From positions 105,442-169,441 of the IMG/VR virus record IMGVR_UViG_3300014039_000012: DNA of 64,000 nucleotides. One strand, 5' to 3'. The position numbers were made by a program, and so were the translations under genes. The notes under the pieces were generated by a model. It searched no databases. It was not told the DNA's origin and saw nothing but the letters and a program-made list of their open reading frames with translations. Shown in pieces: positions 10,923-22,498 of this stretch (position 1 is the first letter of the stretch; the number at the start of each line of letters is the position of its first letter). The stretch is from a virus (lineage: Duplodnaviria; Caudoviricetes).

Positions 10923-11369
10923 ATGATTTATCGAGAAGAAGTTCGAGATCTTTTTTCCGTCCCGGAGGATTACTATCTCGCGCATTGTATTAGCGCTGAT
11001 TTTGGTATGGGAAAGGGAATTGTCGTAGAATTCAACAAACGCTTCAATATGAAACGCATTCTTCAATCAAAATATCCGGATTATGTCAACCAGTTTCATC
11101 GACAGAAGAGACTATTCGGTTGTATTCTTGAAGACCGTGTTTTCAACCTGATTACGAAAGAACGGTATTTTGAGAAACCAACATATGAGACGATGCTTGG
11201 CGCGTTGAGCGAAATGAAGGTTTTGTGTTGGCTTGAAAAGATTCGCAAAATCGCAATGCCGATAATCGGATGCGGGCTGGATGGACTGGAATGGGACAAG
11301 GTTTCTAAAATCGTTAAATATGTTTTTCAAGAAGAAGATATCGAAATTTTGGTTTGCCGGAAAGAGTAA
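10923..11369 (+). CDS. Macrodomain protein (TARG1/DarG-like)
   Basis: LAHCISADFGMGKGI, FNLITK and IAMPIIGCGLDGLEW motifs. Confidence 0.85.
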   Translation: MIYREEVRDLFSVPEDYYLAHCISADFGMGKGIVVEFNKRFNMKRILQSKYPDYVNQFHRQKRLFGCILEDRVFNLITKERYFEKPTYETMLGALSEMKVLCWLEKIRKIAMPIIGCGLDGLEWDKVSKIVKYVFQEEDIEILVCRKE

Positions 11370-11392
11370 AAAAAAATAAATAAAAATTTTTC

Positions 11393-11430
11393 AAAAGACT
11401 CTTGACAAAAGAGTCTTTTTGTGATATAAT
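11393..11430 (+). promoter_or_regulatory. Sigma-A promoter with -35 at the apex of a hairpin
   Basis: TTGACA 11402-11407 and TATAAT 11425-11430; stem aaaagactctt/aagagtctttt. Confidence 0.85.
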
Positions 11431-11456
11431 AATAGCAGAGAGGATGGTGTTTATAT

Positions 11457-11981
11457 ATGAGATTATGGCACATTGATTTAATCCCGTATTTGCCGAAATC
11501 ACAACTAATCGCACAATGGAGAGAACTTAATTCGATCTATAAGAAGCAAGACAATCATATTCTGATCAACTATGTTTATAACTATGACAAAAAATATCTC
11601 CTGTATTATTCTAATCGTGTCTTGTTCGAAATGGAAAAGCGAGGAATTAAGGTTAAATCGTTTGAGAATTATTTTGATTATTTTTTGGGCGTCGGATATT
11701 CTGAATCGGAACAGCCGCTCCGGTTTATCGAGCACAACGATGAATATCTTCTCTGCAATTATTATAATCTTTTGGAAAAATATCGGCGAGGGCAGAAAGA
11801 TTTTTCGCAGGAAGAGTTTAAACGGTTGACCGATTTTGTCAACGGGAAAGAGAGCAAGGGCGTCGATGCTCTTTCAACAATTCACGATTTATGCATTGAT
11901 TATGACGGTTTCAATACGGTCGATGGATTAAAATCGTTAATCGATGACATTCGAGCAATTACGGAGGACAGCCTAAAATGA
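11457..11981 (+). CDS. Pyrimidine-dimer DNA glycosylase family (DenV-like)
   Basis: N-terminal MRLWH.DLIPYLP..QL.AQWRE pattern. Confidence 0.7.
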   Translation: MRLWHIDLIPYLPKSQLIAQWRELNSIYKKQDNHILINYVYNYDKKYLLYYSNRVLFEMEKRGIKVKSFENYFDYFLGVGYSESEQPLRFIEHNDEYLLCNYYNLLEKYRRGQKDFSQEEFKRLTDFVNGKESKGVDALSTIHDLCIDYDGFNTVDGLKSLIDDIRAITEDSLK

Positions 11982-12965
11982 AAGTTTGTATTTTCGTGTT
12001 TTCCATCGTGTTGGTTTTGATTGGATCAAAATGTTTTCCGGATTTCTTGACTGCTGTATTTTTTCTAACGGCAATTATTTCTGGAACTTCGATGTTTTGC
12101 GATCAACGAAAGAAAAAATAAAATGAAAATATTAACAAAATTGTCATTTTATTCGCGACAGAGCAATGGAATGAAAATTATTTGGGGGGGGGGTAAAAAC
12201 AAATGGAAATGTGGATCGAAAATAAAGGAGCCTATTTGCGCACCCGTTTGTTTGGTCTGAATACGGATCCGAGAAAACCATTTAGATGTTATTGTCTCGG
12301 ATGCGGAGACGAAATTAAATGGCGCGATAAAGATGCGATAACTCTTCCAGATACTAATGAAAATATCGATCAGAATCTATTATATCTTGGGAAAGAATAT
12401 GTTCCGCTGAGAATCTATCAATCTGCACACAAAGGAAAAGACGGAAAATATCGAATCTGCTTATGTAAAAAGTGTCTAAAAACTTTTGGAGGATATGAAG
12501 AATGGATGAAAAATCTTATTTTGTCGACAATAGAGCGGTAGAAGGACAGAAATTCATCGCTCAAAAGGTCGTTGCTAAAATTACTTTTTGCGGCGTATTC
12601 GAGATGGAGGTTTATGATTATATGAACTGGAATCCTCCGACTTTTGAACAGATCAAAAATCTGAAAGAAACTTTCAATATTGATGTGGAATTAATGGGTG
12701 ACGTGGCAAAAGATAACAAAATGAAAACATATAAAATTTACGAAGAAGGATATCGTGCGACAGGAGAGTCTGTTGGTGCTCATTATGTTGGCGAGGCCGA
12801 AGGTAAATCGTTTATCGATGCTTGTAAAAACTTTATTAAAAAGAATAATAAAGGAAAAATCAAAATCGATTCATTTGGAAATGAATACGCAGCTGATTGG
12901 GGATGTCGCTGGTTTCCAACACTCGAAGAAGCGCAGAAGTCTTTTGGATGAGGGAAGGGATAAAA

Positions 12966-13442
12966 ATGAATCGTGAAATATTATTTCGAGGAAAGAGCGT
13001 AGAAACAAATGAGTGGGTTTATGGAACATATCTTTTAGAAAAATATAGTAATACTCCATATATTTGTTATTTTGAATATGGTACATTTGTAAATATTAAA
13101 CAGATTGAAGTTCATCCAGAAACCGTCGGTGAATTTACCGGAATGACAGACAAAAACGGAACAAAAATCTTCGAGGGAGATATTGTTAGAACACAACCAT
13201 TCTATGATCGTCCATATTCCACAACGCGAAAAGAAAAACAGTTCTTGGGAGTTGTCGAACATTATATCAAAACATTTCGAAATCCCGGCAGTCCAACAAA
13301 TGGACAAAAATACGATTCGTCTTGGCGGGTAAACATTGTAGAAGATATAGTAGATTATGGCTGTTATAATTGGACTCGTTTTTGGAATTGTGAAGTTGTT
13401 GGGAATAAATTTGATAATCCAGAACTTTTGTCGAAAGAATAA
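12966..13442 (+). CDS. YopX family protein
   Basis: REILFRGK, TVGEFTG.TDKNGTKIFEGDI and EVVGN.FDNPELL motifs. Confidence 0.88.
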   Translation: MNREILFRGKSVETNEWVYGTYLLEKYSNTPYICYFEYGTFVNIKQIEVHPETVGEFTGMTDKNGTKIFEGDIVRTQPFYDRPYSTTRKEKQFLGVVEHYIKTFRNPGSPTNGQKYDSSWRVNIVEDIVDYGCYNWTRFWNCEVVGNKFDNPELLSKE

Positions 13443-13768
13443 AAGGAGAAATTTATTATGAACAGAATGAAAGATTTTATTGATCCTCATTTGCCAATTC
13501 CGTTCTGTATTTCCGGTTGGGACAACGGCAACAAAATTTTATATCAGTGCCCGAAGTGTCGCGCATCTTTTCAGTTTTTCGGAGACTTGGAAAAATATTG
13601 CCATAACTGTGGAAGAAAGATTGAATGGAAATTTTCTCCAACATTTTTAGATGCTGACGAAAAAGTAGAATATAACCTCTGGCCGCAAGAAGAAGCTCTG
13701 GCGTTTCTGCGTATTTTGTATCAAAGGGCTAAAAAGAGAAAAGAAGAAGCAGAAATGGAGAAAATTAA

Positions 13769-14033
13769 ATGATTTGGTCTGAAAAAAATATCTTTCGATG
13801 GATTTGACGAGAAAGTTTCAGAATGGTGTAAGGTGCATAATTTCCTTGGAGATCCTCCAATCGACGCACAATTTGCTCTCGATCTAATTTTCAAAACATT
13901 AATCGATGACAAAGAACATCTCGATTATCTGACAACAATGCCCGGTTCTATTGAACAATCTAACAGTTTAACGCTGGATATAATTTGTGGAAATATAGCC
14001 GTTCATATCGAAAGTGAAAAAAGAAGAAGCTAA
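13769..14033 (+). pseudogene. Frameshifted hypothetical gene (or homopolymer sequencing error)
   Basis: An SD-preceded ATG at 13769 joins the 13833 ORF if one A is removed from the A7 run at 13782-13788. Confidence 0.4.
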
Positions 14034-14833
14034 AAGAATGTAGAAAGGAGAAGTGGTTATGAGCAAGTGTGATTGTTATCGCGTAGAATCCGAAATCCAT
14101 CGGTTTGCAGATGCGGACGGAGGATCTGTTTATGGAAATATCAATGTTCCTCGTTGCTGGGGGACAAAGGAAAAGGATGTCTGCGATTGTAGCGGAGATA
14201 AATCAAAGTGCAATTTTTACGAAAGAGTTCGCGCAGAGGCGGCAGAAGAGAAGAAAGTTTCCAAAAATAAAGACGTTTTCGAAGAAATTGAAGATCTGAT
14301 TGGAGAATATTGGGGGACGGACCCGATTTATTATATTGGTTCAGAGGACGAACAGGAGACAAGTGCGGCTAAATTGTGTTGTAAAATTTTGGAAGCAATT
14401 CGGATTGCGCAAGAAGGAGGAACCGATGAAAAAAATTCTTGAAAACACTGCTGAAACTCGCGAATATCTTAAATCTCTTCCGAAAATCTATATGATTGCG
14501 AAATGGGCTGGATATGGCGTTCGAGAATTTCCGTTCGCTGGGAAATATACGGAAAACGGCATTCCGCTTATTTTCGATTATGACGATCAAAACGGAACTT
14601 GTGACTGCTACTTTTTGCGCAAACTAACAGATACCACAACAGGCTGGATTTATGCGTGGACAACAAGCAAGAGTCGCGCTGAAGAAATTGCGGTAGCGTT
14701 GAATGAAAAATTCGGAGAAAATTGGAGAAACCAATGATGTCAATTATTCTGTCTTCAATTGCTATTGTTTTATCTATTGCGTCGCTTTTGATTATGCTTT
14801 CAATAGATCACGATAACAATTAAATTATTTTTC

Positions 14834-14871
14834 AAAAAGCCCTTGACAAAAGGGCTTTTTTGTGTTATAAT
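14834..14871 (+). promoter_or_regulatory. Sigma-A promoter with -35 at the apex of a hairpin
   Basis: TTGACA 14843-14848 and TATAAT 14866-14871; stem aaaaagccctt/aagggcttttt. Confidence 0.85.
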
Positions 14872-14904
14872 AATAGTAGGAATAAAGCAGGAGGAGAAAT
14901 TATT

Positions 14905-15528
14905 ATGGATTCAACTTATTATGGCGAGGAAATGTTTTTCGATAATGGGAATATGGGAAGCGATAATGCCGACAAGAGATTTCTTGAATCTTTTGCCAAA
15001 ACCGAAAGACTTCTCAAAAATCAGGAACAGATCATCGAAGACGCACAGGAACTCAGAAGGCTTCTTGTAATGAATCAAAGAACCAAAATTATCTCCTATA
15101 AAACAATCTACGATCTTTCCGGACCGATAATCAAAAAAGCACAGGAAGAACTCTCCGAAAAGGATGGTCGAAAAAAGAAAGACAATCTTCATTGGCTTGA
15201 AAAACAGATTCACGATGACTTCGTCCCGACTTGGAGCGGAATTAAAATTACCGAATTCGCGACCTACGGGGTTGGTGCGGTTTCAAATATTGTTTATTTT
15301 ACCAATCTCGACAACGGCGGAGAATACTTTCTCTATATTCCAAATAAAGCAAATATGAGTGTTAGCGATAGATACTGGGATGATTATTACGGTCGGTTTT
15401 GTTCTGGAAGGAAAAACGGAGTCCATATGAATCTATTCACGTGGGCATATACGATTAACGAAGTTAAAGTCGGGGTTTTCAATTATCAGCAGGAGCATAA
15501 ATTGGAAGAGTATGGCAGCAACAAGTAA
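14905..15528 (+). CDS. Hypothetical protein
   Basis: Strong SD ggagga before ATG 14905; first gene after the promoter. Confidence 0.6.
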   Translation: MDSTYYGEEMFFDNGNMGSDNADKRFLESFAKTERLLKNQEQIIEDAQELRRLLVMNQRTKIISYKTIYDLSGPIIKKAQEELSEKDGRKKKDNLHWLEKQIHDDFVPTWSGIKITEFATYGVGAVSNIVYFTNLDNGGEYFLYIPNKANMSVSDRYWDDYYGRFCSGRKNGVHMNLFTWAYTINEVKVGVFNYQQEHKLEEYGSNK

Positions 15529-17878
15529 AATTCTTGTCGAGGGGTTTGTTAATAAACAAATCTTTCCACGAACAAAAGTAAAAAGCGGAGATTTTGCGAT
15601 ATTTACCTTTTCTCCCGATAACATAAAGGGGGAAATTGATCCTCGAACAAAAGAAAATAAAGGCGGATATAAAAGTAACGATATCGTTTTTAAAGGGCGC
15701 GTTCCAGAACTTGATGGTGGAACAAAATATAAAATCTTGGCAGAATTAAAGCAAGATCCAAAATATGGATGGCAGTATAATATTTTAAACATCAATTCTG
15801 TTGTCAAGCTTGACACAGAAAAAGATATTCGCACTTTTCTCGGGTATGTTTTCACAGAATCGCAAATCGATGCCTTGTATTCAAAATTTCCAAATCCCAT
15901 TGAAGTTCTCGAAGAAAACGATGTTGAAAAATTGTGTGAAGTAAAAGGAATCAGAGAATCGAAGGCTAAAAAAATTCTTGAAAAATATCACGCTTCGAAA
16001 GATAATAGCAATGCATATACGGCGCTTGCAGAATTCGGTCTTTCAAAAGTAACAATCGACAGACTTGTGAAACATTATGGTTCTGCCGATATTCTTGTTG
16101 AAAAAATCCAAAAAAATCCATACTCTTTAATTGGTGAAGGCGCTCGAATCGGTTGGCAAAAAGCAGATAGTATGGCCCTTCGTAAAGGTATTCCAACAAA
16201 TTCACAGTTTAGAATTCGAGCCTTTGCACTGTATTATCTTCGTAATCTTGCGGAAGTCGACGGACATACTTGGGTCGCGCTTGAAGCACTCGGTTCAAAT
16301 ATCAAGGGGCTTTCTCCTAGCGATATTTCGGTAGAGATGGTAAAAAACGAGCTTCGTAAAATGGTTGTTGAGGGGATTTTGTATTACGAGCCAGAAACGA
16401 AGCGAGTTGGGTTGATGAAATATCGAAAACTCGAAGAGATGATTTGTCGTGAGCTAATTCGGCTTCGAGACGTAGAACCTAAAAAAATGGACTTCGTTGA
16501 AGAGACAATCGCGGAATGCGAAGAGGCTGTTGGGTTTAAATATACCGACGAACAGAAGAGCGCAATTGAAAAAATTGTAAATGAAAATGTTATTTTATTG
16601 ACCGGCCTGGGAGGAAGCGGGAAATCTTCGTTAATGTACCCCGTGTCTCGCATTTTTCGACGCAACGGATTGAGATTCGATATTTGCGCACTTTCTGGGA
16701 AAGCATCTCTAAATCTTCGTCATATAACGCACGAGAACGGAATGACAATTCATAAACTCCTTGGATGGCGTCCTGGAATGAAAAGTTTTATTCATCATCG
16801 CGAAAATCCGCTAATTTCTGACGCGATTATTTTGGATGAAGTTTCGATGGTTGGAGGAGAACTTTTTTATCGCCTTCTTGAGGCAATTCGAGATGGATCA
16901 AAATTAATTATGATCGGCGACCCTGGACAGCTGGAATCAATTGGTTTATGTAATCTAATTTCAGATATTCGAAATTCTGGAAAAATTTCGTCCGTTCATC
17001 TTTCCGAAATATTCCGACAGGCGCAAATGTCTGGAATCATCACCGATTCTCACAAAGTATATAATCAGCAACCGATTATCGATCCAAAATTTATTGGAGA
17101 AGAAATTCACGGAGAATTGAAAGATCTATATATCGGGAGCTATCTTTCTGGCGGAACTTGTTATCAAAAAGTCGTAGACAATTTTAATAAATTATATTTT
17201 GATGAAAATCATCCACTCGAAGATATTGTTATTGTAACGGCAAAAAGAACTATTGGAGAATTGTCTTCTCGCGCATTAAATGAAAAGATTCAAGAAACAC
17301 TCGGATTCGAAGGAGACGGTTTGAGAGTATACTATAAAGACGGTGTTGAATATGAGATAAATTATCACGTTGGAGATAGAGTTCTTGTTACTAAAAATAA
17401 ATATGATGCGGCGCTGATGTCGGATGATTTAGAAGAAGAAAAAGGAGAAATAGAAATCTTTAATGGAAACATCGGAACAGTCCGAAAAGTTTCTGTTCGA
17501 GATCGATATTTAATTGCCGAATTTCCGCAAGGAAATGTTATGATAAATGGTGATATGCTTTTAAATCTTCAACTCGGATATGCTATCACATGCCACAAAT
17601 TGCAAGGATCGGGAGTTCAATATGTAATCGTAGCGTGCGACCCCGCCGCCTATATGATGCTTACGAAAGAGTGGTTGTATACCGCGTTATCGCGTGCTAA
17701 AAAATATTGTGTATTAATTGGAACGAATAAATCAATTACTCAATGCGTGAAAACGACGAGAGTTACTAAAAAATCGACGTGGTTGGCGGAACTGCTAATG
17801 TTCCCTGAAAGAATTAGTTGTATTCGAATGACGGATACGTCGCAAGATGAAACGAATTTTGACGAGGAGGATGATTAA
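15512..17878 (+). CDS. RecD2-like SF1B helicase
   Basis: HhH region (VKGIRE), NPY.L, Walker A GLGGSGKS, ILDEVSM, IGDPGQL, IFRQA, GYAITCHKLQGS and LYTALSRAK motifs. Confidence 0.92.
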   Translation: MAATSKILVEGFVNKQIFPRTKVKSGDFAIFTFSPDNIKGEIDPRTKENKGGYKSNDIVFKGRVPELDGGTKYKILAELKQDPKYGWQYNILNINSVVKLDTEKDIRTFLGYVFTESQIDALYSKFPNPIEVLEENDVEKLCEVKGIRESKAKKILEKYHASKDNSNAYTALAEFGLSKVTIDRLVKHYGSADILVEKIQKNPYSLIGEGARIGWQKADSMALRKGIPTNSQFRIRAFALYYLRNLAEVDGHTWVALEALGSNIKGLSPSDISVEMVKNELRKMVVEGILYYEPETKRVGLMKYRKLEEMICRELIRLRDVEPKKMDFVEETIAECEEAVGFKYTDEQKSAIEKIVNENVILLTGLGGSGKSSLMYPVSRIFRRNGLRFDICALSGKASLNLRHITHENGMTIHKLLGWRPGMKSFIHHRENPLISDAIILDEVSMVGGELFYRLLEAIRDGSKLIMIGDPGQLESIGLCNLISDIRNSGKISSVHLSEIFRQAQMSGIITDSHKVYNQQPIIDPKFIGEEIHGELKDLYIGSYLSGGTCYQKVVDNFNKLYFDENHPLEDIVIVTAKRTIGELSSRALNEKIQETLGFEGDGLRVYYKDGVEYEINYHVGDRVLVTKNKYDAALMSDDLEEEKGEIEIFNGNIGTVRKVSVRDRYLIAEFPQGNVMINGDMLLNLQLGYAITCHKLQGSGVQYVIVACDPAAYMMLTKEWLYTALSRAKKYCVLIGTNKSITQCVKTTRVTKKSTWLAELLMFPERISCIRMTDTSQDETNFDEEDD

Positions 17879-18486
17879 CAAAATGTTCACGATTTTTCAA
17901 ATTCATGAAATTTCCGGAGAATACGAAGACTATCGAGACGTAATTGTCGGTTCTTATCTTCACAAAGAACGAGCAGAAGAGGTTTTAAAAAATCTTCGAG
18001 ACGAAGAAGATAAAAGGCGAGCTCGAGCTCAAAAATGTCGAGAATGCCCTGTTCGAGAGCACGACCGAGAACTTTACTCAGCAATTAGCGAATATTGCGA
18101 AGATTTCGACGAGGAATATGAATTGGATGATGGAGAAGAGCAACTGTTTTGCGGGAACGAATATTATTCATATTCAGCATACGACGATCTTTATTACGAA
18201 ATGAAAGAAGTGGAGGTAGAAGAATGATATCACAAGAACATATCCCCGGGAAACCGATGTATTCTATCGGTGACCACGTTTCGTTTCAAATGACCATTGA
18301 CCAAAACGTCGAAACCTTCGACGGAACCATCGAGATCGTCGACAAATACGGTGCGTGGGAAATTGATAATCCACGCGAACCATCATATGATATTATGGTT
18401 GAGGACTGGCGGGGGAGCGGAGAGCCGATGTTTGTCAAACACGTTAGAGAATCAAATATCGTAAAAATTACGAAAGGATAATAATT

Positions 18487-20154
18487 ATGTTATCAGATAT
18501 CGAAATTGCACAGAAAACAAAACCGAAGCACATTAAAGATGTTGCTAAAACTGCTGGAGTTCCTGAAAAATATATTGAGCAGTATGGCAATTATAAGGCA
18601 AAAATCGACTTAAAATTCCTTGAAAAATCAAAAAAGAAAAATGGAAAACTAATCCTTGTGACCGCAATGACGCCAACTCCTGCCGGCGAGGGCAAGACAA
18701 CTACGACAGTTGGGCTTGCCGACGGGTTGCGCAAGATTGGTAAAAAATCTATCGTCGCCCTGCGCGAGCCGTCTCTTGGTCCGGTATTTGGAGTAAAAGG
18801 TGGGGCTTGTGGCGGCGGCTACGCGCAGGTCATCCCGATGGAGGACATCAATCTGCACTTCACCGGAGATTTCCACGCTATCGGTGCGGCAAACAACCTG
18901 CTTGCGGCAATGTTGGATAATCATATAAAGCAGGGAAACGAACTTGGAATCGATCCGCAAAAAATTACTTGGAAACGGTGCGTCGATATGAATGATCGAC
19001 AATTGCGTAATATTGTCGATGGGCTTGGCGGAAACACGAATGGCGTAACGAGAGAAGATGGATTCGATATCACGGTAGCCTCGGAAATTATGGCGGTATT
19101 TTGTCTTGCAAATTCGCTCGAAGATTTGAAGAACCGGCTTGGGAAAATCATCGTCGGATATACTTATAACGACGAACCTATAACCGCGAACGATCTTCGA
19201 GCAACAGGAGCGATGACGGCGTTGTTGAAAGACGCCATTAAGCCAAATCTCGTTCAAACGCTCGAAGGAACTCCGGCGCTCGTTCACGGCGGACCATTCG
19301 CGAATATTGCCCACGGTTGTAATTCAATTCTTGCGACAAAAATGGCATTAAAACTCGGAGATTATGTTGTAACAGAAGCAGGATTCGGTGCTGATTTAGG
19401 GGCTGAAAAGTTCATCGATATTAAATGCCGAACTGCTGGATTTCATCCAAACGCAATTGTTATTGTAGTAACAATTCGCGCACTTAAAATGCACGGAGGA
19501 GTTGCAAAAGCTGATTTGGACAAGGAAAACCTCGAAGCTATAGAAATAGGCATCGAAAATTTGATTCAGCACGTTAGCAATATTCACAGAACTTATGTTC
19601 CATATGTTGTGGCAATCAACAGATTTGCAACAGACACAAACGAAGAAGTCGAATTTTTGAAGAAATTGTGTAGCGATCGAGATATTAATGTTGTCGTTTG
19701 TGATTCTTGGGCAAAAGGCGGAAAAGGAGCAGAAGATCTCGCAAAGGAAGTCGTTCGGTTGTGCGAAGAAGATTCGTCCGATTTTACGTATTTGTATCAC
19801 ACAGAAGATTCAATCGAAAAAAAGATTAAAACCGTGGTGGAAGATGTTTATTGTGGTTCCGATATCAATATTCTTCCTTCGGCAAAAAGACAAATTGAAA
19901 AACTTGAGAGATTCGGATTTGGAAATCTCCCAATTTGTATCGCAAAGACACAATATAGTTTTTCCGATAATCCAACGCTTCTTAATGCTCCAATTGGATT
20001 TACGGTAACAATCAAAAATCTTAAAGTTTGCGCAGGGGCTGGATTCATTGTGGTACTGACAGGAGATATTATGACGATGCCCGGGCTTCCAAAGCATCCT
20101 GCGGCTGAAAATATCGACGTTGACGAAGATGGTAAAATTATTGGATTATTCTAA
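18487..20154 (+). CDS. fhs: Formate-tetrahydrofolate ligase
   Basis: [40 protein letters not shown] and TMPGLP motifs; 555 aa. Confidence 0.97.
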   Translation: MLSDIEIAQKTKPKHIKDVAKTAGVPEKYIEQYGNYKAKIDLKFLEKSKKKNGKLILVTAMTPTPAGEGKTTTTVGLADGLRKIGKKSIVALREPSLGPVFGVKGGACGGGYAQVIPMEDINLHFTGDFHAIGAANNLLAAMLDNHIKQGNELGIDPQKITWKRCVDMNDRQLRNIVDGLGGNTNGVTREDGFDITVASEIMAVFCLANSLEDLKNRLGKIIVGYTYNDEPITANDLRATGAMTALLKDAIKPNLVQTLEGTPALVHGGPFANIAHGCNSILATKMALKLGDYVVTEAGFGADLGAEKFIDIKCRTAGFHPNAIVIVVTIRALKMHGGVAKADLDKENLEAIEIGIENLIQHVSNIHRTYVPYVVAINRFATDTNEEVEFLKKLCSDRDINVVVCDSWAKGGKGAEDLAKEVVRLCEEDSSDFTYLYHTEDSIEKKIKTVVEDVYCGSDINILPSAKRQIEKLERFGFGNLPICIAKTQYSFSDNPTLLNAPIGFTVTIKNLKVCAGAGFIVVLTGDIMTMPGLPKHPAAENIDVDEDGKIIGLF

Positions 20155-20165
20155 ATTATTTTTTC

Positions 20166-20202
20166 AAAAGCCCTTGACAAAGGGCTTTTTTTATGGTATA
20201 AT
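20166..20202 (+). promoter_or_regulatory. Sigma-A promoter with -35 at the apex of a hairpin
   Basis: TTGACA 20174-20179 and TATAAT 20197-20202; stem aaaagccctt/aagggctttt with a T7 tail. Confidence 0.85.
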
Positions 20203-20227
20203 ATTAGTAGAAACGAGGTGAGTATTT

Positions 20228-21343
20228 ATGGTGACCAATTATTTATTAGAATTCATTCAAAACCACCCTAATGATTGGGAAGAAAAATTGTCATCCAACC
20301 CCTACAACCTGAAGATTTCTAGAGACGGTCCGTATGTGATGTTCAAGTATAATCAACTTTCTTCGGACTTCTCCGATCCAATCGTCCGCGAGGCACGTGG
20401 AATCATCTTCCGAGGAGACAATTGGAAGTGCGTTAGACGGGCTTTCGATAAGTTTTTCAATTACGGAGAACCGAACGCGGTGGAGATCGATTGGAATACG
20501 GCGAGGGTTCAGACCAAAGTAGATGGAAGTTTGATTAGCGGGTGGTTTGATGATGGTAAGTGGCATTATTCAACCAATGGAACTATCGATGCCTATAAAG
20601 CTCCGACTGGAGACATCAAGCTTCCAACTTTCGGAGATGTTCTAGAAGAAGCTTTTCGTAACAATGATATTACGAAAGAGAAGTTCGAACAGACGGCTTC
20701 CAGACTCGTTTGCTATACTTTCGAACTCGTCTCCCCACAAACTCGCGTCGTAATTCCATATGAGAAGCCGGATTTGTATTTCATTGGACACCGAGTGATG
20801 CCAACTGAACGTGAAATGAGTCCTGAAGAGTCTATTATTTCCGAGTTTTTCAAGACTCCGAAGGAATACGACTTTCATTCTGCGCAAGACGTTATCAATG
20901 CGGCGAAAGAACTTCCGTGGGACGAAGAGGGTTACGTCGTTGTTGATGACAATTTCAATCGCGTTAAAATCAAATCTCCTGCGTGGCTGGTTGCGCACTA
21001 CGCAAGATCAAATAATTCGATTTCCAAAGAGTCTTTAATTCAGGTGGTTCTCGACGGAGAACAGGAAGAGTTTCTCGTTTATGCCGATGATTATCGCGAA
21101 GAACTCGAATCGGTCGAACAAGAAATGAATGGTTTTATCGAAGAGCTGAGCAAGGCCGCAAGAGAAATGAAGAAAAAATACGCGGCAGAAGTTCTAAAGT
21201 ATCCGAAATCACTTCAACCGTATCTATTTTCAAAGATAACTAATCAAGATGCGGGTGATTGGGTAAAAGAAAATATGACGTCTTTCAAATGGGTGAAATA
21301 CCTGGAAGCAAGAAAGGAGCAAAACAATGGCGAGAAAGAATAA
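20228..21343 (+). CDS. T4 Rnl1-like RNA ligase
   Basis: REARGII, FDKFFN, motif I KVDGS, FELVSP, EGYVV and RVKIKS. Confidence 0.88.
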   Translation: MVTNYLLEFIQNHPNDWEEKLSSNPYNLKISRDGPYVMFKYNQLSSDFSDPIVREARGIIFRGDNWKCVRRAFDKFFNYGEPNAVEIDWNTARVQTKVDGSLISGWFDDGKWHYSTNGTIDAYKAPTGDIKLPTFGDVLEEAFRNNDITKEKFEQTASRLVCYTFELVSPQTRVVIPYEKPDLYFIGHRVMPTEREMSPEESIISEFFKTPKEYDFHSAQDVINAAKELPWDEEGYVVVDDNFNRVKIKSPAWLVAHYARSNNSISKESLIQVVLDGEQEEFLVYADDYREELESVEQEMNGFIEELSKAAREMKKKYAAEVLKYPKSLQPYLFSKITNQDAGDWVKENMTSFKWVKYLEARKEQNNGEKE

Positions 21344-21598
21344 GCTGGAACGATTGGAAACAATCAATCACGAAGGACATCGATATTCCGAGTTCGCGTT
21401 GTTCGTTGTAAAGAATCGCGTCGGTTTCGGAGATGGAACACAAGAAGATATTTCTATTCAGGTCGTAGCAGAATCCGACGCCGATGCGAAAAGAGTTGCG
21501 CGAGACATTTTATATAATGAAGATGGTTTTCGTGTGAGCGATGTTTTCGAGCAAGAAACGGCGGAGGCTGAAAGTTTCTGGATGGAGGAGTTTTAAAA

Positions 21599-22498
21599 AT
21601 GACGAGCGGAATTCCAAAATTGGAAGTTTTGATTGGTCTTCCCGGAAGCGGAAAATCAACTTATGCAAAAGAAGAGCACGAATTAAACAGTAACTCTATT
21701 TATCTCTCTTCCGACAAAATTCGAGAAGAATTGTACGGAGATGAATCGATTCAGGGAAATCCTGCAGAAGTATTTACCTTAATGCAGAGTCGTGCGATTG
21801 AAGCACTAAAAGAGGGGAAAGATGTCTTTTATGATGCGACCAATTTAACTCGAAAAGATCGCGCTGGAATTCTTGCAACAACTCCAAGATATGTCTATAA
21901 ACAGGCGACCGTGGTTTTTGCTCCGTATGAAATGTGTATTGAAAGAGACGCAGCTCGCGAACGGTCCGTTGGGAAAGAAGTAATCGATAGGATGATTCGA
22001 AGATTTCAACCTCCATTTAATGACGAGGGATTCGATTTCATTGATGTATATCAGAGTTATTCTGACGAAGAATATGAACAATTTGTGAAGAAATATGGAA
22101 GCCTTTTGGAACGTATGATGATTCTTCACGACAACCCCCATCATTCATTGCCTGTTTGGAAACACTGCCAAGAGGCAGAACAATACGCGAAAGAGCATTT
22201 TGCCGACGATCGTTTGTATGACGAACTCGTATCTGCGGCTCGCCTTCACGATTGCGGGAAATATATCGTAAAAGATTATCACGATTCGAAAGGAAATCCA
22301 AGCGCGTGCGCTCATTATTATCAACATCAGTGTACTTCTGCGTGGCAATGTATGGAAGAAACGTTCAACGGATTTGTAATTTGGCTCATTGGTGCTCATA
22401 TGGATCCATTTTTGGACACAAAATACTATCGCAACCTTGATTCGTGGATGAAAAGCGCAATCGATAAACTTCACGAAGCAGATGTTGTAGCACATTAA
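21599..22498 (+). CDS. Polynucleotide kinase (AAA_33) fused to an HD phosphoesterase domain
   Basis: GLPGSGKST, SSD.IR, DATNL; C-terminal HH...H...LHDCGK...HD-type motif. Confidence 0.85.
   Translation: MTSGIPKLEVLIGLPGSGKSTYAKEEHELNSNSIYLSSDKIREELYGDESIQGNPAEVFTLMQSRAIEALKEGKDVFYDATNLTRKDRAGILATTPRYVYKQATVVFAPYEMCIERDAARERSVGKEVIDRMIRRFQPPFNDEGFDFIDVYQSYSDEEYEQFVKKYGSLLERMMILHDNPHHSLPVWKHCQEAEQYAKEHFADDRLYDELVSAARLHDCGKYIVKDYHDSKGNPSACAHYYQHQCTSAWQCMEETFNGFVIWLIGAHMDPFLDTKYYRNLDSWMKSAIDKLHEADVVAH

Noticed and set aside
12184-12193. G10 run before gene 12203 as a phase-variation switch
   Set aside because: A single homopolymer that cannot be told apart from an assembly artefact without reads.
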